From NCBI RefSeq assembly GCF_009914755.1, contig NC_060935.1: a stretch of DNA of 64,000 bases. One strand, given 5' to 3'. The DNA is from the human T2T-CHM13v2.0 reference genome, Homo sapiens. The position numbers were made by a program, and so were the translations under genes. Below are positions 62,336 through 64,000 of the stretch, one piece after another; the stretch's first letter is position 1, and the number at the start of each line of letters is the position of its first letter. Under the pieces are notes generated by a model. That model was not told the origin of the DNA. It did not search any database and worked only from the letters and a program-made list of their open reading frames with translations.

Positions 62336-63269
62336 TGTGATATTCTTCTATGGATTTTGGTTTTTTAAAAATCACATTAAAATATTGTCTTGATCATTGA
62401 GTTTTTCCCCCTTAAATTTTGTGCTCAAGATGAGTGCCTCACCTGATTCTTGGCCTTGTCATGAGAGAGGTGATAATCTATTTAACAGCCAAGAAAAGAA
62501 GACTTCTGAAGAAAAGGCTGAGTTAATGTCACTATGTATTGGGAAAAAAGAGAAAAACCGACAGGTTGGGTTTCCATGAGTTGGAAATCAAAGCTAATAG
62601 GATGTGGATGTTTGTGCTGATTCTTGCAGCTGCAGTGAGCAGAGGAAATGTTCTGAGCACTTTCTCAAAAGGTTCTTCAGTATTTTAACTTAAAATCATC
62701 TTACAAAAGAAAAGCCTTTGTTGTGTTTATTTGGGGTCTATTTCATTTAATAGGTCTTCTGTATAGTGATTTGTAACTTTTATCAAAGTTGAACTTTTAA
62801 TGCACATGTTACTTTCAGACCAAAGTCTTTATCCTGGAAGATGTAGCCTCTTTTTTCATTTTTATCTTGAAATGCCCCTTGGCACAAGCTTAGTTAGGAA
62901 GTTGAGTTCAGTGGAGAAAGGACGTATAGTTGATATTATACTGGTAAGCCAAGCTCTAAGTTCACCAAGTCTGTTTTTTTCATGTTAAATTGCAGGAGTA
63001 GTATTTGCCACATATACCTTATTGGATTGTTTTCAAAGTAATGCACAGGAAGTTGCTTTGTAAAAAATGACCACCATATTCATTATTATGAGTTGACTAT
63101 GAATTTACTAAAGAGTACCTAGAAAGCGCTCATCTAGATTAGTCTATATGTAGTAAATTGTAATTAAGGAATACATACAGTTGCAATAAATGTGTATGAT
63201 TTTATGTACCATCTCTCACTATCTTCTAGTATAGCTAATTCATATCTGGCATCAGTTTAGTGACCAAGA

Positions 63270-63790
63270 CACCCTCTCCCTTTGCTTGGATTATTGCAAT
63301 GCCTTCCTGCCTGGTCTGCCTGGATCCACCCTTGATATAAACAGCCCCAGCCACTCACCCCCAACCCCACTCCTGCTTACATATATTCTCAACCTAGCCA
63401 CCAAATTATTTTTTTAATATAAGTCAAGTCATATTACTCTTCTGCCCAACCACCCCCAATGGTTTTCCTTCTCACTAACCATAAAAACCAAACGTCTTAT
63501 AATGGGCTCTAAGACCCTTCAGAATTTTGCCTTCATCACGTCTCCATATTTATCTTCCATCATTGACTTGTTTCCTACATTCCTGCCACATCGGACTCTT
63601 CATTATTTCTTGTCCTGGCCTCCCCTTGAGCAAATTAAATTCTCAAAGCTTCAGCTTCCTTATCTGTAAAATAGGCATAAAAATAGTAATAACTATAGAG
63701 GATTTTTTTTTTCAGGATTAAATTAGTTAAAATGCTTAGAACAATATTTATACCTAGTGTTAAAATGTCAATATTATATTATCATAAGTT
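63270..63790 (+). mobile_element. L2 fragment (about 63270-63620) followed by MIR (about 63620-63790)
   Basis: ttggattattgcaatgccttcctgcctggtctgcc...aagtcaagtcatattactc (L2) and cttcagcttccttatctgtaaaatagg (MIR). Confidence 0.75.
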
Positions 63791-63863
63791 TTATTACCCT
63801 CATCTGATTTTTTGTAAAGTCTCTAATGATTTGACTCCTGAATTGACAATAATCTCTGAAAAC

Positions 63864-64000
63864 TGTCAGAGGCGTTTGAACCAGAGCAACTCCATCTTGA
63901 ATAGAAGCTGGTTAAATATGGTTGAAACCTACTGGGTTGCATTCCCAGATGGTTAAGGCATTCTAAGTCACAGGATGAGATAGGAGGTCGGCACAAGATA
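63864..64000 (+). mobile_element. MER41 (MER41A-like) ERV1 LTR 5' end, cut by the window edge
   Basis: tgtcagaggcgtttgaaccagagcaactccatcttgaatag...cattctaagtcacaggatgagataggaggtcggcacaagata. Confidence 0.92.

Overview
AT-rich primate (hominoid, most likely human) genomic DNA with no recognisable cellular protein-coding gene, RNA gene or CpG island. It looks like an intron or intergenic region, and more than half of it is interspersed repeats. Main contents: a 3'-truncated Tigger1 with an internal tandem duplication (0.3-2.3 kb); an L1MC-type 3' fragment (6.4-9.1 kb); a full-length, inactivated L1PA4/5-type element on the - strand with TSDs (30.3-36.5 kb); two back-to-back THE1 solo LTRs (38.8-39.6 kb); and a four-level nested stack from 43.1 to 57.4 kb (old L1M > full MST/MaLR element > full-length L1PA15/16-type > AluY, THE1D and an L1PA2/3 3' tip). 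There are also six further Alu/FLAM copies, many MIR/L2/L3/MER5 relics, microsatellites, and the start of a MER41 LTR at the right edge. Every ORF I can recognise comes from a transposon. I do not see evidence of an undescribed biological system. The best leads are candidate + strand non-coding exons (one using a splice donor inside Tigger1), the L1 antisense promoter/ORF0, a canonical DUX4 motif in a THE1D LTR, and stop-free antisense frames in the older L1 5'UTR. Subfamily calls come from my recollection of consensus sequences, not from a database search.
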